Assembly: GCF_003334355.1 (NCBI RefSeq)
Contig: NZ_QOWP01000020.1
DNA length: 64,000 bases
DNA from: Escherichia coli
Lineage (GTDB): Bacteria; Pseudomonadota; Gammaproteobacteria; Enterobacterales; Enterobacteriaceae
Strand: one strand, 5' to 3'
Each line of letters starts with the position of its first letter. The first letter of the stretch is position 1. The position numbers and the translations under genes were made by a program. This document shows, piece by piece, positions 1 to 7,799 of this stretch. The notes beneath the pieces are model-generated. The model was not told where the DNA came from. It searched no databases and was given only the letters and a program-made list of their open reading frames with translations.

Positions 1-1
1 G

Positions 2-619
2 GAAAAACGAGTATTTTTAGTCATCCTGTTTACCTCTTTCTCAGGGAGTTTAGTCTCCAGGATTTCCGGGGCGGTTCAGAAGGAGGGGTATCGCCTACGC
101 TTTCATACCGGCAATAAGCAACGTATTTATTCCCTTTTGCATGACGGGAGCGCCGATCTCGCTGTTACCGCATCTATGCCTGATGACCGTCTGTACGGCT
201 ATGCACATCTACTGACTGAACGCATGCTCCTTGTTCATGCTCCCGCCATGTCAGAGATCATCGGATCAGAACCTGGTGCTGAAACGCTTGCCTCATTACC
301 GCTGATTGCTTATGACGAAGAGTTGCCACTGATTAGAGCGCTCTGGGCCTCCATGTTTCAGAGAGCCCCTGAGATGCAGGCTACATTCACCATTCCGGAT
401 TTACGTATTATCCGCGACTTGGTCTGTGACGGCCACGGGTGGACAGTGCTGCCGGATTATCACTGTGACAATGACCTGAAAAGTGGTCGCCTGATTTCAG
501 TGACACCTGCAGACCTCGCTCCGACTAATCATCTTTATCTGGTCTGGAACAAAAGGACGGCTAATAACAGCCGAACCGCCTATGTTCGGGATTACATTCT
601 TAAAACGTTTCCGCGTTGA
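2..619 (+). CDS. LysR-type transcriptional regulator, C-terminal effector-binding portion; 5' end lies upstream of the window
   Basis: Frame is open from the window edge to the stop at 617-619; the track ORF starts at an internal TTG (137). Assignment to LysR family is from overall sequence pattern, not a search. Confidence 0.5.
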   Translation, partial: EKRVFLVILFTSFSGSLVSRISGAVQKEGYRLRFHTGNKQRIYSLLHDGSADLAVTASMPDDRLYGYAHLLTERMLLVHAPAMSEIIGSEPGAETLASLPLIAYDEELPLIRALWASMFQRAPEMQATFTIPDLRIIRDLVCDGHGWTVLPDYHCDNDLKSGRLISVTPADLAPTNHLYLVWNKRTANNSRTAYVRDYILKTFPR

Positions 620-663
620 TGTTTGAAACGGATGATTGGCGATGCGTATCATAAGTTACGTAT

Positions 664-700
664 GTCCGCTTCTGGCACAAAGCAGACGCCCACTCTCACG
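664..700. repeat. Imperfect ~37-bp hairpin-containing repeat, copy A (GTCCGCT-TCTGGCACAA-AGCAGAC)
   Basis: About 28/38 identity to copy B at 4337-4373; 7-bp arms with a conserved TGGCACAAAGC core. Read directly. Confidence 0.5.
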
Positions 701-749
701 CGAATGCTTTGCCCTTGACTTGCCAACAACCGTATCGCTTGCTCCGCAA

Positions 750-2027
750 CTATGGTTTTTTATTAGAATCTTCGCCACTAAATAAATTATAATAAATTGA
801 TTTTATTAGATATCTGTCAGAATCTATATGGTCAGCACGAGTAGCATGCTCTAATGTTTCAAATGCTAGGGTTTGTGCGGCTTCAGCAAAAATTCCAGGC
901 CAACCCTTACTCAGCATCGACAGTCCTTTAAGTACCCTTATCTGAATTTCCCTCATACTGGCACCATCGCGCGCAACAGGTGAGAAAAAGTCTTCAAGTA
1001 GATCGTTATTCTGAAGTGGTGCAACATGTACAGAAGGATATTTCACTTCTATTTCATCAGATTTATTCTGCGCGTAAGCGGAAAGTATACGTACACCTCT
1101 GCCAATGACATCAATGGCGGTTCCAGGATCGTTCACTGCGGGGGAAAGGGCTCGGCAGGCTATTTCGGCCATGACGCTAAGACAAAATCGGGGGTCCTGA
1201 GCAAATGAACGTACATCCGAGACAATAATCGTCTCAAGTAAATCGGTGCTGATTGATGACTCCTGGCCCTGACTCAGGTACAAAACTGGCGTGGACGGAT
1301 GTATGAAACTGCCCGGCTGCGCCACGAGGTATACATGACGGGGATCATTGGTCAGCAGCTTGCTGAGTTTCACCATATCAACATATTCAACATAGCCAAT
1401 CTTTTTCGGATAAACTGCAACCGTTCCTTTCGGCTGTTCATTGTTCTCAAGCCATGGATATCCGCCGAGACAGGGATTTCTTGCTCTCGCAATAAATGTT
1501 TCGATGGCCGCCTGTTCTACTTTTGCCGTTGTCTCACCAACCCTCCCCAGAGAGGTCAAATGCTGTATCCAGCGAAGCAATGTGATGAGGATTAAGGCAA
1601 TGACAACCAGTGTTACAATGAATAAAATGACTCTCCCCCTTTCTCCATAAGCTCCCATATTGAGGGCAATAATCCCTACCAGACTGAAGAGAAAAGAACC
1701 GATGAAGGTGGCCAGTACATTTTGTGTGGTGACGTCTTCAACAACTAAACGAGTAGCTCTGGGAGTCACATTAGTAGTGGCTGAACCGTAGGCTGTGACC
1801 ATGATGCTCAGCGAAAATGTGGTCACTGCCAGCATACTCGATGCCAGTATGTTCAGAATGTTATCGACTGCTTCCGCACCAACCTTCACGGAAACCGACT
1901 CAGGTATCATTGATTTAAAAAGAATTGATAAAAGGGCCGTTATTATTGCGACAATTGCGAATAACGTTGCCCTGAACCATAGTTTTTTAAATGTCTGCTT
2001 CAGCATCCATTTCCAGCGTGAAATCAT
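750..2027 (-). CDS. DUF2254-like integral membrane protein (four N-terminal TM helices plus soluble C-terminal domain)
   Basis: ORF 750..2042; start moved to the second ATG (MISRWKW) which has a GAGGG RBS about 8 nt upstream. Four hydrophobic segments in the first ~150 aa. Gene is AT-rich compared with neighbours. Confidence 0.55.
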   Translation of the reverse strand: MISRWKWMLKQTFKKLWFRATLFAIVAIITALLSILFKSMIPESVSVKVGAEAVDNILNILASSMLAVTTFSLSIMVTAYGSATTNVTPRATRLVVEDVTTQNVLATFIGSFLFSLVGIIALNMGAYGERGRVILFIVTLVVIALILITLLRWIQHLTSLGRVGETTAKVEQAAIETFIARARNPCLGGYPWLENNEQPKGTVAVYPKKIGYVEYVDMVKLSKLLTNDPRHVYLVAQPGSFIHPSTPVLYLSQGQESSISTDLLETIIVSDVRSFAQDPRFCLSVMAEIACRALSPAVNDPGTAIDVIGRGVRILSAYAQNKSDEIEVKYPSVHVAPLQNNDLLEDFFSPVARDGASMREIQIRVLKGLSMLSKGWPGIFAEAAQTLAFETLEHATRADHIDSDRYLIKSIYYNLFSGEDSNKKP

Positions 2028-2052
2028 TCTGCATTCCCTCATATTGCAGCCG

Positions 2053-2081
2053 GGATAAATAAATGCCGCCTCTGTGGCGGC
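2053..2081 (-). terminator. Candidate intrinsic terminator/attenuator between the BCCT gene and the DUF2254 gene
   Basis: GCCGCC-N5-GGCGGC hairpin (2065-2081) followed on the minus strand by AUUUAUUUAU, starting about 10 nt after the BCCT stop. Confidence 0.4.
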
Positions 2082-2090
2082 ATGTTGCTG

Positions 2091-4094
2091 TTAACGAACC
2101 AGATGCAGGAAGTGCAGGTGTTTTTCGTACTGGTCCAGTATGTCATTAATCAGCTGTTCCTGATTCCAGCCCATTACATCATAATTTTGGCCGCCCTCTT
2201 TGAGATAGACTTCAGCGCGATAATATCGATGTTGTTCACTCTGCTGCTCATCATTATCCAGCGCAGCGAGCGCGAAGGTCGGTGAGTTATACCCGCGAAG
2301 CCTCACTTCATATATATAATTCAGCTCGTTGCCCAAATCGACTTCAAGGCGAATACGATCCTCGGCGGCGTCACTGATGTGGCTTATCGTTCCCTGCTTG
2401 TTAAGTTCCTCCTGAACCAGCGTCATGGCGGGTTGGATAATGTCGTCCATAAAACGTTTCACAAGAGAGCGCTTCGGCAAATACGCGATATTGCGTAACC
2501 TTCTCTGCCAGGGAATTGGGTTACGTGCAGCCGTAGGAGCAATAGTCGCCATGCTAAGGCTTTCACGCTTGGTCAAATCCCGACGCAGGGCTTTTAACAG
2601 TCCGTATATGGATATTAATAAGATAACTGAGAAGGGCAATGCACTCGCTATCGTTACGGTTTGCAACGCACTCAGCCCCCCTGCGATCAGCAGGGCAATA
2701 GCAACAACGCCCATGAGCGATGCCCAGAAAATTCGCTGCCAGACGGGCGTGTTTGCCACCCCACCTGATGCCAGAGTATCCACAACCATTGCCCCCGAAT
2801 CAGCAGACGTTACAAAGAAGACGATGACCATCGCCATTGCAATGAATGACAGCACGGAAGAGAACGGGAAATGCTCCAGGAAATTAAACAGGGCAAGCGC
2901 AACATCCTGCTGAACGGTATTGGCGAGGTCAGTGGCGCCCTGGTTCATGATGAGATAGATGGCGCTGTTTCCAAACACCGTCATCCACATGAGCGTAAAG
3001 CCGGCGGGAACAAACAACACGCCAGTCACGAACTCACGAATTGTCCTGCCGCGGGAAACGCGTGCAATGAACATACCTACAAACGGCGACCATGAAAGCC
3101 ACCATCCCCAGTATAATAATGTCCAGCCCCCCAGCCAGTTGCTCGACTTGGGTTCATACGCGTAAAGGTTGAACGTTTTACTCACCAGTTCCGACAGATA
3201 ACCACCCGTATTTTCCACAAATGACTTCAGCAGAAGCACAGTGGGACCCAGGCACAAGACCAGCGCCAGGAGCAACACCGCCAGGCCCAGATTAAGCTCA
3301 GACAGGATGCGTATTCCCTTGTCCAGGCCGGACACCACCGAAATCGTCGCTAACCCCGTGATGACCACGATCAAAATGACCTGTACCGTTTCATTGATGG
3401 GCACGCCGAAAAGATGGTTCAAACCGGCATTCACCTGCAATACACCGTAACCCAGCGATGTTGCAACGCCAAAGACAGTGCCTATCACGGCGAAGATATC
3501 AACCGCGTGGCCTATAGGCCCGTAAATGCGATCGCCGATAATGGGATAGAGCGCAGAACGCAGCGTTAAAGGCAGACCGTGACGGTAACTGAAAAAGGCC
3601 AGAATCAGCGCCACGATGGCATAAATTGCCCATGCGTGCAGACCCCAGTGGAAGAACGTCAGGCGCATGGCTTCCTTCGCTGCCGCAACGGTCTCTGGAG
3701 TGCCGACAGGTGGCGAAAGATAATGCATCACAGGTTCGGCAACGCCAAAGAACATCAGGCCGATCCCCATCCCTGCCGAAAAAAGCATCGCGAACCAGGA
3801 GTGGTAGCTGAAATCAGGCTGCGCATGGTCTGGGCCCAGCTTTATATCACCGTAACGTGAGAGTCCAAGGAACGTGACGCTCAGTAAAATCAGGGCCACA
3901 GCAAGTATGTAGAACCAGCTGGCATTCGTGAAGATTTGTTGCTGAAGTAGTTTAAAATTTTTGTCGGCGACATCCGGGAATACGGCGGCAAAGGCGACAA
4001 GAAGGAAAATTAGCAAAGCAGATGTAAAGAATACCGCTTTGTTAATCTGGCTTGTAGACTTCTTTGGGGTTGTATCATTTTCACTCATAATCAT
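2091..4094 (-). CDS. BCCT-family transporter (betaine/carnitine/choline type), BetT-like with long C-terminal cytoplasmic extension
   Basis: 667-aa ORF. Conserved BCCT motifs (GWTLLYWGWWLSWSPFVGMFIARVSRGRTIREF) and overall similarity to E. coli BetT recalled from memory; clearly not identical to betT, caiT or yeaV. Confidence 0.8.
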   Translation of the reverse strand: MIMSENDTTPKKSTSQINKAVFFTSALLIFLLVAFAAVFPDVADKNFKLLQQQIFTNASWFYILAVALILLSVTFLGLSRYGDIKLGPDHAQPDFSYHSWFAMLFSAGMGIGLMFFGVAEPVMHYLSPPVGTPETVAAAKEAMRLTFFHWGLHAWAIYAIVALILAFFSYRHGLPLTLRSALYPIIGDRIYGPIGHAVDIFAVIGTVFGVATSLGYGVLQVNAGLNHLFGVPINETVQVILIVVITGLATISVVSGLDKGIRILSELNLGLAVLLLALVLCLGPTVLLLKSFVENTGGYLSELVSKTFNLYAYEPKSSNWLGGWTLLYWGWWLSWSPFVGMFIARVSRGRTIREFVTGVLFVPAGFTLMWMTVFGNSAIYLIMNQGATDLANTVQQDVALALFNFLEHFPFSSVLSFIAMAMVIVFFVTSADSGAMVVDTLASGGVANTPVWQRIFWASLMGVVAIALLIAGGLSALQTVTIASALPFSVILLISIYGLLKALRRDLTKRESLSMATIAPTAARNPIPWQRRLRNIAYLPKRSLVKRFMDDIIQPAMTLVQEELNKQGTISHISDAAEDRIRLEVDLGNELNYIYEVRLRGYNSPTFALAALDNDEQQSEQHRYYRAEVYLKEGGQNYDVMGWNQEQLINDILDQYEKHLHFLHLVR

Positions 4095-4336
4095 TTATTC
4101 CATTAATTAAATCCGCACTGGATAGAAGGTACTACCTCTCACAGAGTAGCAAAGTTCAACTGGCTATGCGGGGTTAATCGGAATGCATGGTGGAATGAGT
4201 GCCGATACAAATCATCCTATATTCTAAGGAGTTTTAAGTTACTCAGCCTGCCAATTACTGGGGCATTTAATTTGTATGATCTGTATCAAAGCTGGGATAT
4301 AAGTTAAGTGAAGTATATTAGGCACGAATTACCAGC

Positions 4337-4373
4337 GTCTGCTCTTGGCACAAAGCGGACAACCACGCTAGCT
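4337..4373. repeat. Imperfect ~37-bp hairpin-containing repeat, copy B (GTCTGCT-CTTGGCACAA-AGCGGAC)
   Basis: Pairs with copy A at 664-700; the two copies bracket the BCCT-DUF2254 gene pair. Confidence 0.5.
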
Positions 4374-4428
4374 CTACCCTGTGCCACAAAATGTCAATTT
4401 GCATCTGAACTAATGCACTTTAATCTCG

Positions 4429-4851
4429 TCACTTCAATAAATACCGAACATCCCCCTGATAAAACGACAATATGCGCTGCATAACTTCGCTCTTCCGGCA
4501 CTCGCGACAGATTATGTTTAGGCGACTGTCGTAGCGACGTATTTCTCCGTCAGGTAATGACCAGATAAGGTCCGGATCAACCACAACCGGTTTCTTCAGC
4601 TTTGCCCTCGATAATTTTTTGCGGGCATTTTGCCAGTCTTTACGAGCCTGTTCAGACGGGAATAACCCGTAGCCAGAATTGTATACATCGCCACTGGCAA
4701 CCAGCTCTCTGGCCAGAACGCTCATCAGATATCTTGTTGCCCCAGTTTTAGCTTCCAGTTGTCGTAACGTCTCGCGCCCACTCTGGCGTACGAGTTCAAG
4801 AACCTGCCCTTTAATTTTTTCCCGCTCTTCTTGTGTAAAAACTTTTGCCAC
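4429..4851 (-). CDS. Hypothetical prophage protein, 140 aa, basic, possible winged-helix segment
   Basis: ORF directly downstream of the ydaU-like gene; no Walker A motif, so not the DnaC-like ydaV expected at this position in K-12 Rac. No family recognised. Confidence 0.45.
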   Translation of the reverse strand: MAKVFTQEEREKIKGQVLELVRQSGRETLRQLEAKTGATRYLMSVLARELVASGDVYNSGYGLFPSEQARKDWQNARKKLSRAKLKKPVVVDPDLIWSLPDGEIRRYDSRLNIICRECRKSEVMQRILSFYQGDVRYLLK

Positions 4852-4891
4852 AAGCCCTCCTGAAAATTACCTCATGACCAGAAATTAACAC

Positions 4892-5968
4892 TTACCCCCT
4901 GAAGCCCGGCGGAATTTCGTTATCCGGTTCAGAAATATGATTCACACAACGCTGGTTGTTCGTGCCGCTTACCGGGAGCAACCAGGGGTTCTCAAAATTC
5001 CGGTCCGGTCCAAAAAACGTCGTCGCTCGCTGAACAAATTCCGTTCCCGTTTTCCCGGTAGCCGCCAAGTATCTTGCGTAACGCCTCACGCCATCCAGCA
5101 TGGCCTCTGGTGGCACCCCCTCGCGTAATCTGGCCTTCCAGGCACTGAAAGCGGATTTCTTCGGGTTTGCCCCAGCACGCAACGGGTACTCCCGCCAGAC
5201 CTGTTCGAACACATCCGGATAATCCACTCGTCCCACAGACTGCCCGGTGTTTTCCGGGACTACCCGATCGGCTTCCCGCTGAATGGCGGAATCGGCTTCA
5301 GGCTGCTGCAGTTGGTGTGATTGCTCCGCCCTTGCGGTCATCACCTGCTGCACAGCGCCCGAATCGGCTTTCAGCGCATACGCTGAATCGGCTTCCGGTG
5401 TCGTGCCTGCTGGCTGACCAAGATTGACGGTCTGAACATCCCCTGCCTGGTTCGTGGCGTTTTTTACGCCATGGACCATAGTGTTTTGATCTTCTTGATC
5501 TGTATCTTTATCTGTATCTTTATCTGTCGTGACTCGTCGTGACATGTGCGTGACATTTCGTGACGCGCCGTGACAATCGCCATTTTGTTCCCGCTTTCTT
5601 TCCCTCTCTCGCTGCGCCCTCTTGCGCTCTGCAGGAGATTTTGCGGTTTGCGAAATATTGCCGTTGTCCTCTTTAAGCACCTGGCGTTTTTCCCATCCAG
5701 TGATTAAATCACCATCAAGTACCCGCCCCTGCATCGTCTGCAAAATTGAATCAATTACCTCTTCTGTCACGTCGAGCGCACTTGCCAAATCTTCTGTCGT
5801 GACATCAATGTGACCTCGCGTGACATTTCGTGACGCGCTCACCAGGAGGTGGATATACACTGCCATCACTGTTGCAATTGGCTGTCCTGACACCCTGGCA
5901 ATTGTTCGCCACTTAGGGTCATTTGGCATGTCATGCCATAATCTGAGCCAGGCGTTAGCCATACTCAC
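4892..5968 (-). CDS. ydaU: YdaU-like prophage replication protein (DUF1376-like N-terminus, DnaT-like C-terminus, repeat-rich acidic linker)
   Basis: 358-aa ORF next to ydaT as in K-12 Rac; contains internal DNA direct repeats. Longer than the 285 aa I recall for K-12 YdaU, so treated as ydaU-like. Confidence 0.55.
   Translation of the reverse strand: MSMANAWLRLWHDMPNDPKWRTIARVSGQPIATVMAVYIHLLVSASRNVTRGHIDVTTEDLASALDVTEEVIDSILQTMQGRVLDGDLITGWEKRQVLKEDNGNISQTAKSPAERKRAQRERERKREQNGDCHGASRNVTHMSRRVTTDKDTDKDTDQEDQNTMVHGVKNATNQAGDVQTVNLGQPAGTTPEADSAYALKADSGAVQQVMTARAEQSHQLQQPEADSAIQREADRVVPENTGQSVGRVDYPDVFEQVWREYPLRAGANPKKSAFSAWKARLREGVPPEAMLDGVRRYARYLAATGKTGTEFVQRATTFFGPDRNFENPWLLPVSGTNNQRCVNHISEPDNEIPPGFRG
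5526..5576. repeat. Iteron-like cluster 1: five CGTGAC direct repeats at 10-11 bp spacing, preceded by an AT-rich TATCTT/TATCTG repeat tract (5489-5527)
   Basis: CGTGAC at 5528, 5538, 5549, 5559, 5569; read directly. Confidence 0.6.
5797..5836. repeat. Iteron-like cluster 2: four (C/T)GTGAC direct repeats at 10-11 bp spacing, plus an inverted GTCACG at 5767-5772
   Basis: Repeats at 5798, 5809, 5819, 5829; the 19-mer GCGTGACATTTCGTGACGCG is shared with cluster 1. Confidence 0.6.
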
Positions 5969-6033
5969 CTCTTTTGATACCGAATCTTTTTACTCACAAA
6001 TTGCCGGAAGTGATCCGGTATGAATATTGCGCG

Positions 6034-6459
6034 TCAATGCACAGCCACAATATTTCCTGCAGGGCCACCACGATTCATCTGGTTGAAACCAGCGATCGCC
6101 ACTGCGACAAAATCATCAGCGTCTCTCACCAGTCGTTCCCGCGTCTCCACTAGTTCCCGAAAATAGGCTGAGCTATGGCTGCGCATTCGGGCCACCAGCA
6201 GAGGTGGCATTGCTTTTTCGATAGCTGGTAACAACGCCTGAATTTTTTCAACTGCATCAGGGGTGTCTTTCTCTACCCAGCGGAAAATTTTCTGGGTATT
6301 GCGAGCCAGGGCTTCCGGATGGCTGTCGTCATACAGTTCTGGGAACGTCATACCCAGTTCAAAATAAGCCCTGGTTATTTCAGCTGCCGGAACTTTTTCA
6401 CCGTCCGGATGCGCCCAGGCATTCATCGCCATGCGGATGTGTTCATGCTTGATTTTCAT
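6034..6459 (-). CDS. ydaT: Rac prophage YdaT-like protein (toxic when derepressed)
   Basis: 141-aa ORF at the K-12 ydaT position, overlapping the upstream ydaS by 17 bp. Confidence 0.65.
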   Translation of the reverse strand: MKIKHEHIRMAMNAWAHPDGEKVPAAEITRAYFELGMTFPELYDDSHPEALARNTQKIFRWVEKDTPDAVEKIQALLPAIEKAMPPLLVARMRSHSSAYFRELVETRERLVRDADDFVAVAIAGFNQMNRGGPAGNIVAVH

Positions 6460-6724
6460 GAATCAAGCTCCTAGAAAGTGGTTGTGTTAACATTTTGGTA
6501 TCTTCCAGCTCGGGCCAAATATTCATCCAATCAAAAGGCCTTAGTTGCTGACGTGTAACTTCACCATTACTGGCTCGCTCAATAAGGACACATAACGATG
6601 CCCCTAACACTTGACCTTTACTCAATGCCTTTCTTAGATAACCGATGCTGGTACCACACTCGCATGCAAACATACGCTGTTCATCTGACGAAAGAGAATT
6701 GAGAAATATTCTTAATTCTTCCAT
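6443..6724 (-). CDS. ydaS: Rac prophage YdaS-like HTH protein
   Basis: 93-aa ORF divergent from racR, first gene of the ydaS-ydaT pair. Confidence 0.6.
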   Translation of the reverse strand: MEELRIFLNSLSSDEQRMFACECGTSIGYLRKALSKGQVLGASLCVLIERASNGEVTRQQLRPFDWMNIWPELEDTKMLTQPLSRSLIHENQA

Positions 6725-6752
6725 AGCTACTCCTTAGTAAACACAGCAAAGA

Positions 6753-6828
6753 ATACCCATAGGTAAACAAAAGTCAATACCCACAGGTTGTTTACCTTGC
6801 AGTAATCGCATCTATTATTTACCTATGG
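6753..6828. promoter_or_regulatory. Divergent racR / ydaS-ydaT control region with repeated ATACCCATAGGTA-type operator half-sites
   Basis: ATACCCATAGGTAAAC (6753-6768), TACCCACAGGTTGTTTACC (6778-6796) and its inverted copy TATTTACCTATGG (6816-6828, overlapping the racR start). Confidence 0.5.
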
Positions 6829-7244
6829 ACAAATATGAATTTAGACGACAGCAACTCATCAAAATTCGTGATGAGAAATGCGATGGTAAAGCGGTTAACG
6901 TGGCCAGAAAGATCGGGCGCGAGCCTTCTTATGTATCAAGAATGTTGTACCCAGAGGGGAAAAAGGGAAAAAAACGGATCGCTGATGATATGGTGGAGAT
7001 TATCGAAGAGTCCTTTGGGTTACCCCGGGGATGGATGGATGGTATCGTTTCATCATCAACGAACACAGCCTCCAGTTATGAAACAAGGGTTCTAACGCCA
7101 CGACAACGTATTTTTTTAGATCTCTTAGACGAACTGCCAGAAAGTGAAGCGGATAACTTATTAAAAACTCTTGAAGAGAAAAAACAGTATTACAATATGA
7201 TCTACGAAGAAATCCGTAAAAAGAAAGCACAAAACGCATCATAG
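6825..7244 (+). CDS. racR: RacR-like prophage repressor (XRE/HTH-like)
   Basis: 139-aa ORF divergent from ydaS-ydaT, at the K-12 racR position; no in-frame upstream start before the stop at 6738. Confidence 0.6.
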   Translation: MDKYEFRRQQLIKIRDEKCDGKAVNVARKIGREPSYVSRMLYPEGKKGKKRIADDMVEIIEESFGLPRGWMDGIVSSSTNTASSYETRVLTPRQRIFLDLLDELPESEADNLLKTLEEKKQYYNMIYEEIRKKKAQNAS

Positions 7245-7285
7245 CTCACCAAACAACTAGTCACCAGTTAAGACACCGTAAAAAG

Positions 7286-7324
7286 TTACCCATGGGTATT
7301 TACTTTTTAAATACCTATGGGTAT
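7286..7324. promoter_or_regulatory. Operator-like palindromes downstream of racR and upstream of ydaG-ydaF
   Basis: Perfect 12-bp palindrome TACCCATGGGTA (7287-7298) and 14-bp near-palindrome ATACCTATGGGTAT (7311-7324), same motif family as the racR upstream sites. Confidence 0.5.
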
Positions 7325-7498
7325 CCTTCTTTTCATACCAACCCACCCCGCCCCACAGAATGCAGGGCAATACTTCGAGTTACCAGGCAGTGGTCAGGGG
7401 TTAAGTAGCCAGCCCGAGGCGTAAGAACATGACGGCGGGATTCAAATTTTGCAGTGCAGCAGTTAGTTCCGCCACCCGGCGTTAAGGGGAGAGATAAG

Positions 7499-7633
7499 AT
7501 GGTGCATTACGAAGTAGTTCAGTATTTGATGGATTGTTGCGGTATCACTTACAACCAGGCTGTGCAGGCTTTACGCAGCAACGACTGGGATCTCTGGCAG
7601 GCAGAAGTCGCTATACGTAGCAACAAGATGTGA
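7499..7633 (+). CDS. ydaG: Rac prophage small protein YdaG (44 aa)
   Basis: ATG preceded by a GGGGAG RBS; below the track's 60-aa cutoff, translated by hand; position matches K-12 order racR-ydaG-ydaF-sieB. Confidence 0.55.
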   Translation: MVHYEVVQYLMDCCGITYNQAVQALRSNDWDLWQAEVAIRSNKM

Positions 7634-7643
7634 GATTCGCAAA

Positions 7644-7799
7644 ATGCAAAAAATCGACCTCGGCAACAACGAATCCCTGGTGTGCGGCGTGTTCCCCAAC
7701 CAGGATGGAACGTTCACTGCCATGACGTATACCAAAAGCAAAACATTTAAAACCGAAACTGGTGCGCGCCGATGGTTGGAGAAGCACACAGTAAGCTAA
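7644..7799 (+). CDS. ydaF: Rac prophage small protein YdaF (51 aa)
   Basis: Hand-translated (MQKIDLGNNESLVCGVFPNQDGTFTAMTYTKSKTFKTETGARRWLEKHTVS); below the track cutoff. Confidence 0.55.
   Translation: MQKIDLGNNESLVCGVFPNQDGTFTAMTYTKSKTFKTETGARRWLEKHTVS

Noticed and set aside
671-4353. TGGCAC motif in both hairpin repeats as possible sigma-54 promoters
   Set aside because: No TTGC(A/T) -12 element at the correct 5-bp spacing on either strand; the match is to the -24 hexamer only.
5820-6023. 67-aa plus-strand ORF at the 5' end of the ydaU-like gene
   Set aside because: Overlaps the start of the minus-strand replication gene and the iteron cluster; likely a chance frame in repeat-rich DNA.
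7571-7789. 72-aa minus-strand ORF overlapping ydaG and ydaF
   Set aside because: Overlaps two plus-strand small genes that have RBSs and match the Rac gene order; the antisense frame has no start context.
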